Source: Candidatus Parcubacteria bacterium (GTDB lineage Bacteria > Patescibacteriota > Minisyncoccia > Minisyncoccales > JAGMDC01). From it: a DNA stretch of 64,000 nt. The notes under the pieces are model-generated. The model worked only from the letters and a program-made list of their open reading frames with translations, ran no database searches and was not told the DNA's origin. Both the position numbers and the translations under genes were made by a program. The number at the start of each line of letters is the position of its first letter. The first letter of the stretch is position 1. Shown here one piece after another: positions 63,889 to 64,000 of this stretch. The stretch is taken from the NCBI GenBank assembly GCA_023130975.1, contig JAGMAD010000003.1:1109-65108 (forward strand), given 5' to 3'.

Positions 63889-64000
63889 ATGAAAAAAATA
63901 GCTGAAGGAAAAACAAAAAAGATTTTGAAAATTGAAAATTCAGAAGGCATTGTCAAAATCGTAAGCAAAAATACAATCACGGCCAAAGACGGAGAAAAAA
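63889..64000 (+). CDS. purC: SAICAR synthetase, N-terminal fragment (runs off the window)
   Basis: MKKIAEGKTKKILKIENSEGIVKIVSKNTITAKDGEK matches the PurC N-terminus (EGKTK). Confidence 0.7.
   Translation, partial: MKKIAEGKTKKILKIENSEGIVKIVSKNTITAKDGEK

Overview
AT-rich (about one third GC by eye) bacterial chromosome segment read with the standard code. No UGA or UAG recoding is needed to read the conserved genes. Gene content looks like a small-genome Candidate Phyla Radiation (Patescibacteria)-type organism; this placement is an inference. Supporting content includes type IV pilin-like genes, small VirB2/TrbC-like pilins, a four-helix-bundle (23S-IVS/Avd-like) gene and archaeal-type Elp3, EndoQ and RtcB. 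Core genes: ligA, a SEDS protein, an intein-containing gyrA, tsaD, recG, rplS, ftsH, rpsA, HU, trpS, valS, murE, rtcB, purM and the purC start. There are also 8 tRNAs plus 2 tRNA 5'-fragments, two histidine kinases, two receiver-only response regulators and a PilB/GspE ATPase. The most interesting part is an accessory stretch at about 34.7-48.4 kb built from repeated non-coding scaffolds (hairpin, conserved block, TTGACA-N17-TAGATT promoter, long hairpin leader). It carries (a) two paralogous Cys-rich peptide / radical-SAM-SPASM / RRE / HExxH loci whose precursor ORFs are too short for the ORF track, and (b) two modules that keep the scaffold but swap the cargo. Each module pairs a secreted peptidoglycan hydrolase (NlpC/P60 or M23) with a convergent membrane-anchored partner. 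One module sits inside valS, flanked by a 118-bp perfect direct repeat that regenerates the valS 5' end. A second genome-wide theme is short GC-rich palindromes and AT-rich heptamer repeats found both between genes and in frame inside conserved proteins (murE, ligA, recG, tsaD, elp3, endoQ, gyrA, rplS, a response regulator). No CRISPR array, rRNA, transposase or integrase was seen.
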